64,000 nucleotides of DNA from an uncultured delta proteobacterium (GTDB taxonomy: Bacteria > Myxococcota_A > UBA9160 > UBA4427). The notes beneath the pieces are model-generated. The model ran no database searches, had not been told where the DNA came from, and saw nothing but the letters and a program-made list of their open reading frames with translations. Made by a program: the position numbers and the translations under genes. Where the stretch lies: contig CAWGJT010000005.1 of assembly GCA_963822965.1 (NCBI GenBank), positions 192,001 to 256,000 of the forward strand. Direction: 5' to 3'. Position 1 is the first letter of the stretch, and each line of letters opens with the position of its first letter. Positions 30,363-40,365 of this stretch are shown here, piece by piece.

Positions 30363-31555
30363 GACGTTTCCTCCTCGGGAGCGGGCTCGTCCACCGGCCG
30401 CAGCCCCACCATCCGGCGAAAGGTGCGGTGCATGTTGATGAGCGAGGGCTCGTTGCGGCCGAAGGTCGTATACCGCCTCAGGCCCGTGTCGAAGTTCTTC
30501 TGGACGTCCGCGCTGACCCGGTAGTCCTCGGTCTCGACCACACGGTAGATGAAGTCGAAGTGGGCCTCGGCGGCCCGGCGCGCCGCCGCGTCGGGCAGAC
30601 CGCCGCGCCAGTAGAGGTGGTAGCGGGTGAGGTGCTCGCCGACCGCATCGCTCGGGAAGAGCTGGAAGAGCTCCACGGCACCCGGCGAGACCAGCAGCGA
30701 GATGTTCGGGTACAGGTAGTGGACGAAGCTGAAGTAGTGCAGCGGGTCCGGCCATTCGGCTTCGGGCTTGCCGGCGAGCTCGACGATGACCTTGGCGGGA
30801 AAGCCCAGCCGGTGGTGCTCTCCGTGGCGCCCGTAGCGGTCGTAGGTCATGCAGTTGGTCATCGCGGCGACGCCCACGGTCTTCGGATGCAGGGGCCCGA
30901 AGTGGTACCCCTCGCAGAACGTGTCGAGCGCGAGCTTCCAGTTCGAGCGCAGCCGAAGCTCCCCGCTCTTCACGTGGGCCGCGGCGGCGAGGTTCCAGCC
31001 GCCCAGCTGCGGGCCGAGCTCGCCGAGGTGCTCGTCGATCGTGAAGGCGGCATCGGGCCGCGGCGCCGCGTAGACCAGGCCGTACTTCTCCTCGCAGGGC
31101 AGCTCCTGCAGGCCGTAGCCGGCGGGGTCGACGCGACCGAAGGTCTCCGCCTTGAAGATCTTCGTGCAGCGTCCGTCGAGATCGTAGGCCCACGCGTGAT
31201 AGGGACACACGAATCCCCGCGCGAGCCGGCCGCTACCCTCGACGAGCCGCGCCGCACGGTGCTGGCAGGCGTTCAAGAAGGCGCGCACCCGGCCGTCGTG
31301 CCCGCGCACCACCACCATCGGCACGCCGACGTCCTCGTGCGTGCGGAACGAGCCCGGAACGGGCAGGTCGCCGCTCAGGCATACGAGCTGGGGCGCTCGA
31401 GCGAAGATGCGCTCCTTCTCGAGCGCGAACTGCTCGGGATCGGTGTAGGTGGAGACGGGGTTGCGACGGGGCCCGTCGGGATGGCTCGCCGTCGTGCCCG
31501 TCTGCGCGTAGTGGATCATGCGCTTCGCGACTTCGATGAGTTCGGCGCGGTCCAT
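30353..31555 (-). CDS. Rieske non-heme iron oxygenase alpha subunit
   Basis: Rieske CQH...CPYHAW; mononuclear Fe site EGYH...H and ED. Confidence 0.92.
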   Translation of the reverse strand: MDRAELIEVAKRMIHYAQTGTTASHPDGPRRNPVSTYTDPEQFALEKERIFARAPQLVCLSGDLPVPGSFRTHEDVGVPMVVVRGHDGRVRAFLNACQHRAARLVEGSGRLARGFVCPYHAWAYDLDGRCTKIFKAETFGRVDPAGYGLQELPCEEKYGLVYAAPRPDAAFTIDEHLGELGPQLGGWNLAAAAHVKSGELRLRSNWKLALDTFCEGYHFGPLHPKTVGVAAMTNCMTYDRYGRHGEHHRLGFPAKVIVELAGKPEAEWPDPLHYFSFVHYLYPNISLLVSPGAVELFQLFPSDAVGEHLTRYHLYWRGGLPDAAARRAAEAHFDFIYRVVETEDYRVSADVQKNFDTGLRRYTTFGRNEPSLINMHRTFRRMVGLRPVDEPAPEEETSCS

Positions 31556-31693
31556 CCAGTCCCCCGCAAGGCCCGGGCCAGGAGGACACGATCGGATCCG
31601 GGCCCGGCGCACGCGATCATAGGAGGGAAGCGCCGGGAGCACAGCCGGCCGCCGGCGGCGCGCCGGATCGGACAACGGGCCGACCGGATCGCG

Positions 31694-32281
31694 TCAGTCG
31701 CGCAGGTGAGCCGTCTCGTTCAGGCTTGCCAGGCTGCGCTCGCCGCTCGAGGCGGCGAAGAAGCGGTTCACGCTCGTGTACGTGACGTCCACGAAGAGCC
31801 GGGGCGCGAGACCGAGCACGTGCGCGGCCCACGCGTTGATCACCCCGCCGTGGCAGAACACGGCCACCCGGCGTCCCGGGTTCGCGTCGATGATGGACTC
31901 GATCGTATCGACCACGAGGCCGTGGAAGGCGAGGAAGTCCTCCTCCGGCGCGTAGCCGCCCGCGACCAGCGCCTTCCAGCGCTCGTAGTCCTGTTCCTTC
32001 AGCTCTTCCATGGGGATGTAGAGGTCGCTCTCCGCGTCGTACTCCCGAACGCCGTGGGCGATCTCCACCTCGAGAGTGCGTCTCGTGGCCAGCGGCGCGG
32101 CGGTCTCGCGCGCCCGCCGCAGGGGGCTCGCGTAGATGTGGTCGATGGGGATGCCGTCGAGCCAGCGCGCGACGCGTTGGGCCTGCTCGCGCCCGAGCGG
32201 CGACAACACGGGATCGGCGGGCGTCCCGTCGTCGGTGATCACCCGCTCGGGCAGGCCGTGACGGATCAGCAGCAGCTCCAT
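31694..32281 (-). CDS. Histidine phosphatase (phosphoglycerate mutase) family protein
   Basis: LIRHG, SPLRRARETA, CHGG, LNETAHL. Confidence 0.92.
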   Translation of the reverse strand: MELLLIRHGLPERVITDDGTPADPVLSPLGREQAQRVARWLDGIPIDHIYASPLRRARETAAPLATRRTLEVEIAHGVREYDAESDLYIPMEELKEQDYERWKALVAGGYAPEEDFLAFHGLVVDTIESIIDANPGRRVAVFCHGGVINAWAAHVLGLAPRLFVDVTYTSVNRFFAASSGERSLASLNETAHLRD

Positions 32282-32330
32282 GGGCGTCGGATCCTATCCG
32301 AGGGCCCCCCGGCCCGCCCCGCCGATCGGA

Positions 32331-32360
32331 TTGACACGCGTGTAAGTGGGGCCCTATTCT
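32331..32360 (+). promoter_or_regulatory. Sigma-70 promoter (TTGACA-N18-TATTCT) with overlapping palindromic operator
   Basis: Perfect -35 at 32331-32336 and -10 at 32355-32360, 7 nt before GTG 32368. Palindrome TGACACGCGTGTAA overlaps the -35. Confidence 0.65.
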
Positions 32361-32367
32361 GCGAATC

Positions 32368-33174
32368 GTGCCCTGGAAGTACGTGTTCATCGACGGGGTC
32401 GCCACCTACCTCCACCACACCGGCGCGACCACCCTCCCCGAGACGCCCCCCGACACCCGCCAGGGCGAGGTCGTGCTGTGCCTGCACGGCACCGGCGGCC
32501 ATGGGGGCGACTTCGCCGGCGTGCTGGACGCCCTGGCGCCGCGGCACAGCCCCATCGCCTTCGACCAGCCCGGGCACGGCCGCTCCGGGGGTCTCGACAG
32601 CCTGGGCGCCGTCGATCGCATGGGCGACTTCGCCCGGAGCCTCGCGGAGAAGCTCGCGCTGCGGCCGCACGTGCTGCTGGGTCACTCGCTCGGGGCCGCG
32701 GTCGCCCTGGACTACGCGCTCACGTACCCCACCGCCGTGCGCGGACTCGTGATCTGCTCGGGCGGCGCCGGCTTCCGCCTGGACGACGGCCTGCTCGAGA
32801 ACGCCCGGCTCGTCACCGAGGGCAAGCGCCGGCGCGACTTCGACCCCGGGGCCTTCGCGCCCGGTACGGCGCCGGAGGTGATGCGCCGCGCCTTCACGGC
32901 GGGCCTGAAGACCGACCCCCGGGCCACCTACGGCGACCTGCTCGCCTGCACGGCCTGGCAGCGGGACGACGAGCTCTCCGGCATCGCCGTGCCCACCCTG
33001 GTGGTGCACGGGGATGCCGAGTCGGACGACGTCGTCTCCCAGGCGAACCGACTGCTCGAGCGGCTGCCGAACGCCCGCCGGGCGGTGGTCGCCGACGCCG
33101 GCCGCATGATCCTCTACGAGCAGCCCGGGGCCCTGGCTGCGGAGATCGAAGCCTTCCTGGGAGGTCTGCCGTGA
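32368..33174 (+). CDS. Alpha/beta fold hydrolase
   Basis: CLHGTGG, DQPGHGRS, GHSLG nucleophile elbow. The usual catalytic His position reads AGRM. Confidence 0.85.
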   Translation: MPWKYVFIDGVATYLHHTGATTLPETPPDTRQGEVVLCLHGTGGHGGDFAGVLDALAPRHSPIAFDQPGHGRSGGLDSLGAVDRMGDFARSLAEKLALRPHVLLGHSLGAAVALDYALTYPTAVRGLVICSGGAGFRLDDGLLENARLVTEGKRRRDFDPGAFAPGTAPEVMRRAFTAGLKTDPRATYGDLLACTAWQRDDELSGIAVPTLVVHGDAESDDVVSQANRLLERLPNARRAVVADAGRMILYEQPGALAAEIEAFLGGLP

Positions 33175-34334
33175 GCCTGTCGGGGCGCGTCGCGATCGCC
33201 GGCGTCTACGAGCACCCCACGCGCTGGGCGCCCGAGAAGTCCGAGTCGCAGATCATGGCGGAGTCGGCCCGCGGCGCCCTCGCCGACTGCGGCCTCTCGC
33301 TCCGGGACGTGGACGGCCTCTTCGCGGCGGGCATGTCGATGGGGCCGATGGGCGTCGTCGGGCTGGCCGAGTACCTGAACCTGAAGCCGCGCTATCTCGA
33401 CGGCACGAACATCGGCGGCTCCTCGTTCGTCGCCCACGTCAGCCACGCCGCCGGGGCCATCCACGCGGGCCTCTGCGACGTGGCGCTCGTGCTCTACGGC
33501 AGCACCGCCGCCTCGAACGCCATGGCCATCGGCACCGGCCTCGGCGGCGGCGCGAGCCGCGACCCGGTGCAGTCGTTCATCTCGCCGTACGGGATGACCA
33601 CGGTGGGGAGCTACGCCCTCGTCGCCCAGCGCCACATGCACCTGTACGGCACGAAGAGCGAGCAGCTCGCCGAGATCGCCGTGGCCATGCGCGGCCACGC
33701 GTCGAAGAACCCGCAGGCGAAGATGCGCAAGCCCATCACGGTGCAGGACGTGCTGGAGAGCCGGATGATCTCCGAGCCCCTCCACCTGCTCGACTGCTGC
33801 ATCATCAGCGACGGGGGCGGTGCGGTCGTCGTGACGAGCCTGGAACGGGCCCGCGACCTGGCCCGGCCGCCGGTGGTGCTGCAGGGCTGCGGCGAGGCCG
33901 TCTGCCACCAGGAGATCGGCGCGCCCGATCTCCTCACCCTGGCGGCGGCCCAGTCGAGCCGACAGGCCTTCGAGATGGCGCAGGTGCGCCAGGACGACAT
34001 CGACTTCTGCACCATCTACGACTCGTTCACGATCACCGTGCTCGCCACCCTCGAGAACCTGGGCTTCTGCAAGCCTGGAGAGGGCGGCCCCTTCGTCGAG
34101 GGCGGCCGCATCGCCCTGGGCGGCGCGCTGCCCGTGAATCCGGACGGCGGCGGGCTCTCGTCGAACCACCCCGGCATGCGGGGGATCTTCCTCGTGATCG
34201 AGGCGACGAAGCAGCTGCGCGGCGAGTGCGGCGAGCGCCAGGTCGAGGGCGCGGAGCTGGGGCTGGTGCACGGCACGGGCGGGACGATCGGCAGCATGCA
34301 CAGCGGCGCGACGCTCGTCCTGGGGCGGGCCTGA
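33171..34334 (+). CDS. Thiolase-fold protein, SCP2/lipid-transfer (Ltp2-like) type
   Basis: DCCIISDGGGA, IYDSFT, NPDGGGLSSNHPG, QLRGECGERQV. GGSS at the position of the acylating Cys. Confidence 0.88.
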   Translation: MSLSGRVAIAGVYEHPTRWAPEKSESQIMAESARGALADCGLSLRDVDGLFAAGMSMGPMGVVGLAEYLNLKPRYLDGTNIGGSSFVAHVSHAAGAIHAGLCDVALVLYGSTAASNAMAIGTGLGGGASRDPVQSFISPYGMTTVGSYALVAQRHMHLYGTKSEQLAEIAVAMRGHASKNPQAKMRKPITVQDVLESRMISEPLHLLDCCIISDGGGAVVVTSLERARDLARPPVVLQGCGEAVCHQEIGAPDLLTLAAAQSSRQAFEMAQVRQDDIDFCTIYDSFTITVLATLENLGFCKPGEGGPFVEGGRIALGGALPVNPDGGGLSSNHPGMRGIFLVIEATKQLRGECGERQVEGAELGLVHGTGGTIGSMHSGATLVLGRA

Positions 34335-34344
34335 GGCGGAGACA

Positions 34345-34779
34345 GTGGCGAAGGAATTCGAACATCCGAAGCCGGCCGCGAGCTGGGAGACCCGGGCCTT
34401 CTGGGAGGGCTGCGGCCGACACGAGCTCGTCCTGCAGCGCTGCCGCGCCTGCGGCACGGTGCAGCACCGTCCCCGGGCCGTCTGCGCGAGCTGCCTCTCG
34501 CCCGAGATCGAGCACTTCATCGCGTCGGGCCGCGGCAACGTCTACACCTTCACGGTGACCCACCAGAACGGGGTGCCGCCCTTCCGCGACGCCGTGCCCT
34601 ACGTGCTCGCCTACGTCGAGCTCGAAGAGGGCCCCCGTCTCATGACGAACGTCGTGGGATGCGAGCCCGCCGAGGTCGAGATCGGCATGCCCGTGGTAGT
34701 CGACTTCGCGGACGTCGACGCCAGCGATCTGGGAGAGGCCGGCGGCGCCTTCGCGGTGCCGCGGTTCCGCCCGGCATGA
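34345..34779 (+). CDS. Zn-ribbon/OB-fold (DUF35) protein
   Basis: FWEGC..L.LQRC..CG....PR..C..C, VELEEGPRLMTN. Confidence 0.92.
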   Translation: MAKEFEHPKPAASWETRAFWEGCGRHELVLQRCRACGTVQHRPRAVCASCLSPEIEHFIASGRGNVYTFTVTHQNGVPPFRDAVPYVLAYVELEEGPRLMTNVVGCEPAEVEIGMPVVVDFADVDASDLGEAGGAFAVPRFRPA

Positions 34780-35405
34780 TCCTCGATCTGCACAGCCACT
34801 CGATCCGCTCGGACGACGGACGGGCGAAGGTCGAGAACTACTGCCAGTGGATCCGCAAGCGCGAGCTGCCCCTCGACGGATTCGTGCTGACGGAGCACCG
34901 CCAGTACGACGCCACCTCCGACTACCGCCGCCTCGAGGACGAGTTCGACCTGCTCATCCTGAAGGCCAGCGAGGTGGAGACCGAGTACGGCCACGTGCTG
35001 CTCTTCGGCGTGAACGAGGACCTCGTCAACGCCTTCGACTTCAGCCGGGTGAACCTGCCCCTCGCCGAGGTCGTCCTGCAGGCGAAGTGCCACGACGCCA
35101 TCGCCGTCCCGTGCCATCCCGGTCGGACGAAGGTGGGCATGTGCGCCCACTACGACGTGCGCGGCCCGGTCGAGGGCGTCGAGGTGATCGAGACCCTGAA
35201 CGGCGGCAGCCGCGGCACGGAGAACGACGAGGCGATCGCCCTCGCGGCCACCTACGGCTATCGCGGCGTCGGCGGCAGCGACGCCCACATCGTCAGCTTC
35301 ATCGGACGCTGCGCCACACGCTTCGAGAACGACGTCGCATCCATCGAGGACCTCGTCCGGGAGCTGCGAGGCGGCGCCTTCGAGGCCCTCTCCTTCAAGG
35401 AATGA
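34776..35405 (+). CDS. PHP-domain metallophosphoesterase
   Basis: DLHSHS..SDDG, TEH, GH, CHP, GGSDAH; ATGA overlap with the upstream gene. Confidence 0.88.
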   Translation: MILDLHSHSIRSDDGRAKVENYCQWIRKRELPLDGFVLTEHRQYDATSDYRRLEDEFDLLILKASEVETEYGHVLLFGVNEDLVNAFDFSRVNLPLAEVVLQAKCHDAIAVPCHPGRTKVGMCAHYDVRGPVEGVEVIETLNGGSRGTENDEAIALAATYGYRGVGGSDAHIVSFIGRCATRFENDVASIEDLVRELRGGAFEALSFKE

Positions 35406-35415
35406 ACGGCAGGAC

Positions 35416-35898
35416 ATGACCACGGAAGACGAGATCGACATCCAGGCGCTCAAGGATGGCTGGTGCGGCCGCCAGTTCGACGAGGTGACCTTCGGGGTAG
35501 ACGCCCGGGAGATGGCGGAGTTCGCCATCGCCTGCGGCGAGACCCAGCCCCGCTTCACCGACCCGGACCACCCGGACTTCCAGGCGGTCCCGAGCTACAC
35601 GAGCCGCTTCCACGGCACGCGCGCCATGCCGGAGGACTTCCCCATCCGCTCCCACCAGGGCTTCGACGCCGGCAAGTGCGTCGAGGTGCTCGGCCCTCTG
35701 CGCTCCGGTGACAAGGTGGTCGCCCGCAGCGAGATCCACGACATCTACCAGAAGACCGGGCGATCGGGCGGTATGCTCTTCATCGTCCACCGCATGCGCT
35801 TCTCGAACCAGCGCGGCGAGCCCATCTCGATCGTCGACTGGCGACTCGTGCAGAATCAGGTGAGCCTCAAGGCGCCCGAGCGGGAGGAGGGCCGATGA
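35416..35898 (+). CDS. MaoC/hotdog dehydratase N-terminal-type subunit
   Basis: FAIACGETQP.F, LRSGD, YQKTGRSGGMLF. Confidence 0.85.
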   Translation: MTTEDEIDIQALKDGWCGRQFDEVTFGVDAREMAEFAIACGETQPRFTDPDHPDFQAVPSYTSRFHGTRAMPEDFPIRSHQGFDAGKCVEVLGPLRSGDKVVARSEIHDIYQKTGRSGGMLFIVHRMRFSNQRGEPISIVDWRLVQNQVSLKAPEREEGR

Positions 35899-36305
35899 GC
35901 GCACCCCGCTCGTTCGCGGACGTGGAGTTCGGCGAGGAGCTGCCCGGCTTCGAGCCGGACATCAGCATGCCCACCGTGAAGCGCTTCACCGACGCGGCGC
36001 ACATGAGTTGGTCGCGCTTCAACGACCACGAGGAGGCCCGCAAGCAGGGTCTCCCGGGCGCCATCGTCCCGGGCATCATGAGCCAGGGCATCCTGGCCGC
36101 GATGGTGGACAACTGGGCCCCGGGGTGCAGCATCCTGAAGATCGACACGATCTTCCGGGCGGCCCTGGTGGTGGACTCGAAGGCCACCTGCCGGGGGGTG
36201 GTGACGGACATGGACGAGGCGGCCGGCACCGTGGAGATCGATCTCACGATCGCCAACGAGGCCGGCGAGACCCGGGTGCTCGGAACGGCGATCGTGAAGC
36301 TCTGA
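35895..36305 (+). CDS. MaoC/hotdog dehydratase subunit
   Basis: V.FGEELP, D.EEARKQGLPGAIVPG, final GTAIVKL; coupled to the previous gene. Confidence 0.82.
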   Translation: MSAPRSFADVEFGEELPGFEPDISMPTVKRFTDAAHMSWSRFNDHEEARKQGLPGAIVPGIMSQGILAAMVDNWAPGCSILKIDTIFRAALVVDSKATCRGVVTDMDEAAGTVEIDLTIANEAGETRVLGTAIVKL

Positions 36306-36350
36306 AGACACTCGAGTCCCGGCTCCGGACAGCCGAAGGGGGGAGAATCC

Positions 36351-36683
36351 ATGGCCGCGCTCCACGACGTCACCGACGCCAACTTCGAAGACGAGATCCT
36401 GAAGCCCGGGACCCGGGCGCTCGTCGACTTCTGGGGCGATCACTGCCCGGCGTGCCGGCAGATCTCCCCGATCCTCTCCGACCTGGCGGCGGGCTACGCG
36501 GGACGCGTGAAGATCGTCAAGATGCACGCCGCCGAGAACATGGCGACCAGCGCACGCTACGGCGTACGCGCCATGCCCACGGTCCTCGCGTTCCGGAACG
36601 GGGAGGTGCGGGGACAGCTCGTCGGCGCTCGCAGGAAGAGCGACTTCGAGGACCTCATCCAGGGGCTCCTCGCCGAAGCCTGA
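36351..36683 (+). CDS. Thioredoxin (CPAC active site)
   Basis: VTDANFE.EIL, VDFWGDHCPAC, YGVRAMPT. Confidence 0.88.
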   Translation: MAALHDVTDANFEDEILKPGTRALVDFWGDHCPACRQISPILSDLAAGYAGRVKIVKMHAAENMATSARYGVRAMPTVLAFRNGEVRGQLVGARRKSDFEDLIQGLLAEA

Positions 36684-36695
36684 ACCGAGGTGCCC

Positions 36696-38036
36696 ATGAG
36701 CCAGCAAGCCCGACACCCCATCCCGCGCGTGGGCCTGTTCCAGACCCTCCGCCAGACCCTGGGCCAGAACGAGCGCATCGACATGCTCTCGGGGCTGTCG
36801 CGTCTCCACCAGGAGCACGGTCCCGTGGTGATGCAGGACCTCGGCATCATGAAGATGATCAACCTCTTCGGTCCCGACGCCAACCGCTTCGTGCTCCTCG
36901 ACAAGAACCGCATCTTCTCCGCGCGACGTCCCTGGACGCAGATCATGGGGCGGATCTTCCCGAACGGTCTCCTGCTGCAGGACGGCGCGGTCCACAAGCA
37001 CCACCGGCGCATCATGCACGTCCCCTTCCAGCGGCCGGCCCTGCGGATCTACGCCGATCGCATGAACGACATGATCGACGAGCGCCTGTCGGATTGGGTC
37101 GGGCGAGCCCGCGGCAAGCGGCGCTTCCTGGCGTTCCGCGCCTACAAGGAGCTCACCCTCGACATGGCCGCGGCGATCTTCATCGGCATCGATCTCGGCG
37201 CCGACACGCACCGGATGAACCGCGTCTTCGAAGACCTGGTGGCCGCCTCCATGTCGCGCATCCGCCTGCCGATCCCCGGGCTCGAGTTCCATCGCGGGCT
37301 CAAGGGTCGCGAGTTCATGCTGGGCTTCCTGGGCGACCTGCTGCCCAAGAAGCGCGCGGGCGACGGCACCGACATGCTGAGCCGCCTGTGCCACGCGGAG
37401 ACGACCGAGGGGCAGCGCTTCTCCGACGGGGAGATCCTCGATCACATGATCTTCCTGATGATGGCGGCCCACGACACCACCACCAGCACCCTCACGTCCA
37501 TGACCTACGAGCTGGCGAAGAACCCCGAGTGGCAGGAGCGCGTACGGGAGGAGAGCCGCGCCCTCGGCACCCCCGCCCTGGCCTTCGACGACATGGAGCG
37601 CCTCGAGGGCCTCACCTGGGTGATGAAGGAGACCCTGCGGCGCTACCCGCCCCTGCCCGTGATTCCGCGCGTGGCGACCGACGCCTTCGAGTTCGACGGC
37701 TATCACGTCCCCAAGGACGCCATGGTGGTGATCTCGCCCATCCACACGCACCACATGCACGCGTGGTGGGACGAGCCCCGCCGGTTCGACCCGGAGCGCT
37801 TCTCGCCCGCCCGGGCCGAGCAGGAGCGCCACAGCCACTCCTGGGTGCCCTTCGGCGGGGGGCCGCACATGTGCCTGGGCTTCCGCTTCGCCGAGCTGCA
37901 GGTGAAGGCCCTGATGCACCAGCTGCTGCAGCGCTTCCGGGTGAGCGTGCCGGAAGGCTACGAGATGCCGGTCCAGCAGGCGCCCATCTCGAGGCCGCGA
38001 GACGGACTGCCGGTGCAGCTCGATCCGATCTCGTGA
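36696..38036 (+). CDS. Cytochrome P450
   Basis: I-helix AAHDTT, ETLR, FDPERF, heme motif FGGGPHMCLG. Alternative GTG start at 36690. Confidence 0.95.
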   Translation: MSQQARHPIPRVGLFQTLRQTLGQNERIDMLSGLSRLHQEHGPVVMQDLGIMKMINLFGPDANRFVLLDKNRIFSARRPWTQIMGRIFPNGLLLQDGAVHKHHRRIMHVPFQRPALRIYADRMNDMIDERLSDWVGRARGKRRFLAFRAYKELTLDMAAAIFIGIDLGADTHRMNRVFEDLVAASMSRIRLPIPGLEFHRGLKGREFMLGFLGDLLPKKRAGDGTDMLSRLCHAETTEGQRFSDGEILDHMIFLMMAAHDTTTSTLTSMTYELAKNPEWQERVREESRALGTPALAFDDMERLEGLTWVMKETLRRYPPLPVIPRVATDAFEFDGYHVPKDAMVVISPIHTHHMHAWWDEPRRFDPERFSPARAEQERHSHSWVPFGGGPHMCLGFRFAELQVKALMHQLLQRFRVSVPEGYEMPVQQAPISRPRDGLPVQLDPIS

Positions 38037-38590
38037 AGGTCGAGCCCGCGCGCCCGGGGGTCCCTCTCGAGATCGAGACCCCGAGGCTGCACCTGCGGGC
38101 TCCCCATCCCGACTTCGCCCGGGAGATGAACGAGGCCATCCGCGACTCGTTCGACGAGCTGCGCGCCTGGATGCCCTGGGCCCGGGAGATCCCCAGCCTG
38201 GCGGCCTCCCGCGCCCAGCAGCAGCGGGCCCGGGACGCCTTCCTCACCCGGCAGGACTGTCAGCTCCTCCTGTTCCGGGGCCCGCGCATCGTCGGCAGCA
38301 GCGGGCTCCACCGCATCGACTGGAGCGTGCCCCGCTTCGAGATCGGCTACTGGGTCCGCACCCCGGACGCCGGCCAGGGCTTCGTGAGCGAGGCGGTGAA
38401 GGCCCTCTGCGCGCTCGCCTTCGACCGGCTCGGCGCCCGCCGGGTGGAGATCCGCCCGGACCCCCGCAACGCGCGCAGCCGCGCGATCCCCGAGCGCCTC
38501 GGCTTCCAGCTCGAGGGCATCCTGCGCAACGACTGCCTGCACGTGGACGGGCTTCCCCGGGACACCGCCGTGTACGCGAAGATCCGGTGA
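38033..38590 (+). CDS. GNAT N-acetyltransferase, RimJ/RimL family
   Basis: ETPRL.LR, EIGYW....GQG, N.RSRAIPERLGF.LEG.LR; GTGA overlap. Confidence 0.9.
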   Translation: MKVEPARPGVPLEIETPRLHLRAPHPDFAREMNEAIRDSFDELRAWMPWAREIPSLAASRAQQQRARDAFLTRQDCQLLLFRGPRIVGSSGLHRIDWSVPRFEIGYWVRTPDAGQGFVSEAVKALCALAFDRLGARRVEIRPDPRNARSRAIPERLGFQLEGILRNDCLHVDGLPRDTAVYAKIR

Positions 38591-38656
38591 GCTGACGCGC
38601 GCGCGCGAGACGTATAGAATCCACCGGGTCAGACTCGAACCCCCCGGAGCGATGCC

Positions 38657-39502
38657 GTGTCCGTCCTGTTTCCGGACCCCCAGGAAGGCCTCTATACCCG
38701 TTTGTTCTCGGCGGGTTACCTGAAGGTGGACCAGTGGTGGCCGGCCACCGACCTGCTTCGCGGATTCTGGCGTCTGTATCTGAACGAGCAGGACGGCGCC
38801 GAGCTCCACGTCGGCGACACCCGCTTCCCCCTCCCCGAGGGCCGGCTCGTGCTGGTGCCGCCGGGCCTCGACTTCCGCATCGTGCTGCAGCACCCGCTGA
38901 GCCAGCTCTTCGTGCAGTTCGAGTTCCTCGGCTGGCCCCCCGAGGCCGCCCGCGAGCTCCTGCCCACGCCGCTGGTGCTGCCGCCGGACGACCTGCGAGA
39001 CGCGCTGGCCAGGCGCCTGCGCGAGGAGCTGGGAAGGGCGTCACGGCTCTCGCCGGTGCACTCCGCCCGGGTGAAGGCGCTCGTGCACCTGTCCATCGCG
39101 GCCGCCCTCGAGGCGCTGCCGGCGGAGCGCGCCCGGCGGGTGTTGCGGATCCACGAGGGACAGGGCGAGCTGCTGGCCGTGCTGCACTACATCGACGAGC
39201 ACCTGACCGAGCCCATGAGCAACGCCCGGCTCGCGGAGATCGCGCAGAGCAGCGAGTCCCGCTTCATCCGCCGCTTCCGGGAGGCCACCGGACGCACGCC
39301 GGCCCGCTACGTCCAGGAGCGGCGGCTGGAACGGGCGTCGGAGCTGCTGGTCTCCACCGAATACAGCATCGATCGCATCGCGGAGGCGACGGGCTTCGCG
39401 AACCGGTACTACTTCACCCGCGTCTTCACGCAGCGCATGGGCCTACCGCCCGGGCGCTACCGCTCCGAGCGGCCCCACCTGCCGACGGCCGGTCGCGACT
39501 GA
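38657..39502 (+). CDS. AraC-family transcriptional regulator
   Basis: Cupin-like N-terminus; FIRRFREATGRTP..Y...RL..A..LL, IAEATGFANRYYFTRVF....G.PP..YR. Confidence 0.92.
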   Translation: MSVLFPDPQEGLYTRLFSAGYLKVDQWWPATDLLRGFWRLYLNEQDGAELHVGDTRFPLPEGRLVLVPPGLDFRIVLQHPLSQLFVQFEFLGWPPEAARELLPTPLVLPPDDLRDALARRLREELGRASRLSPVHSARVKALVHLSIAAALEALPAERARRVLRIHEGQGELLAVLHYIDEHLTEPMSNARLAEIAQSSESRFIRRFREATGRTPARYVQERRLERASELLVSTEYSIDRIAEATGFANRYYFTRVFTQRMGLPPGRYRSERPHLPTAGRD

Positions 39503-39598
39503 ATCGGCGCGAACCTTCCATCCGTCGGGACGCCGGCGACACACCGCCCGCGCGCGTTCGGGCGGCCGCGCAGGGAGCGCACAGAGGAGAGAGCCAAG

Positions 39599-40345
39599 AT
39601 GGATCTGGGAATCGCGGGCAAGCGAGCCGCCGTGGCGGCGGCTTCCAGCGGCCTCGGCCTCGCCACCGCGCGGGCCCTCGCCGAGGAGGGCGTGCGCGTG
39701 GCGATCTGCGGGCGGGACCGCGGCCGCATCCAGACCGCCGCCGCCAGCCTCGGAAGCGACGCCGTGGCGCTCGTGGCCGACGTCTCCACCACCGCGGGGG
39801 CCGAGCACTTCGTGGCCCGCAGCCGGGACGCCCTCGGCGGGCTCGACATCCTGGTCACGAACGCCGGCGGACCGCCGCCCGGCAACTTCACCTCGACGGA
39901 CGTCGACGCCTACCCCGCCGCCATCGCGCTCAACCTCCTCTCGGTCGTAGCCATGTGCAAGGCGGCGGTTCCCGCCATGCGCGAGCAGCGCTGGGGCCGG
40001 GTGCTCGCCATCACCTCGATCTCGGTGCGCCAGCCCCTCCCCGGGCTCATCCTGTCGAACACCGCGCGCGCTGGGGTCACCGGCTTCCTCAAGACCCTCG
40101 CCCGCGAGGTGGCGGGCGACGGCGTGACCGTGAACTCGATCCAGCCGGGCATCCACAAGACGGCCCGGGTCGAGCAGCTCTACGGTGGAAATCTCGCGAA
40201 CGTCGCCCGCGAGGTCCCGGCGGGCGTCCTCGGATCCGCCGAGCGCTTCGGCCGGGTGGCGGCGTTCCTCTGCTCCGAGAGCGCGAGCTTCGTCACGGGC
40301 GCCGCGGTGCCGGTGGACGGCGGGGCATACGCCGGGCTCCAGTAG
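39599..40345 (+). CDS. SDR oxidoreductase (3-oxoacyl-ACP reductase-like)
   Basis: AASSGLG, NAGGPPPG, SNTARAG, VDGG. Confidence 0.9.
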   Translation: MDLGIAGKRAAVAAASSGLGLATARALAEEGVRVAICGRDRGRIQTAAASLGSDAVALVADVSTTAGAEHFVARSRDALGGLDILVTNAGGPPPGNFTSTDVDAYPAAIALNLLSVVAMCKAAVPAMREQRWGRVLAITSISVRQPLPGLILSNTARAGVTGFLKTLAREVAGDGVTVNSIQPGIHKTARVEQLYGGNLANVAREVPAGVLGSAERFGRVAAFLCSESASFVTGAAVPVDGGAYAGLQ

Positions 40346-40365
40346 CCGCCCGATCCGGCGCCCCT

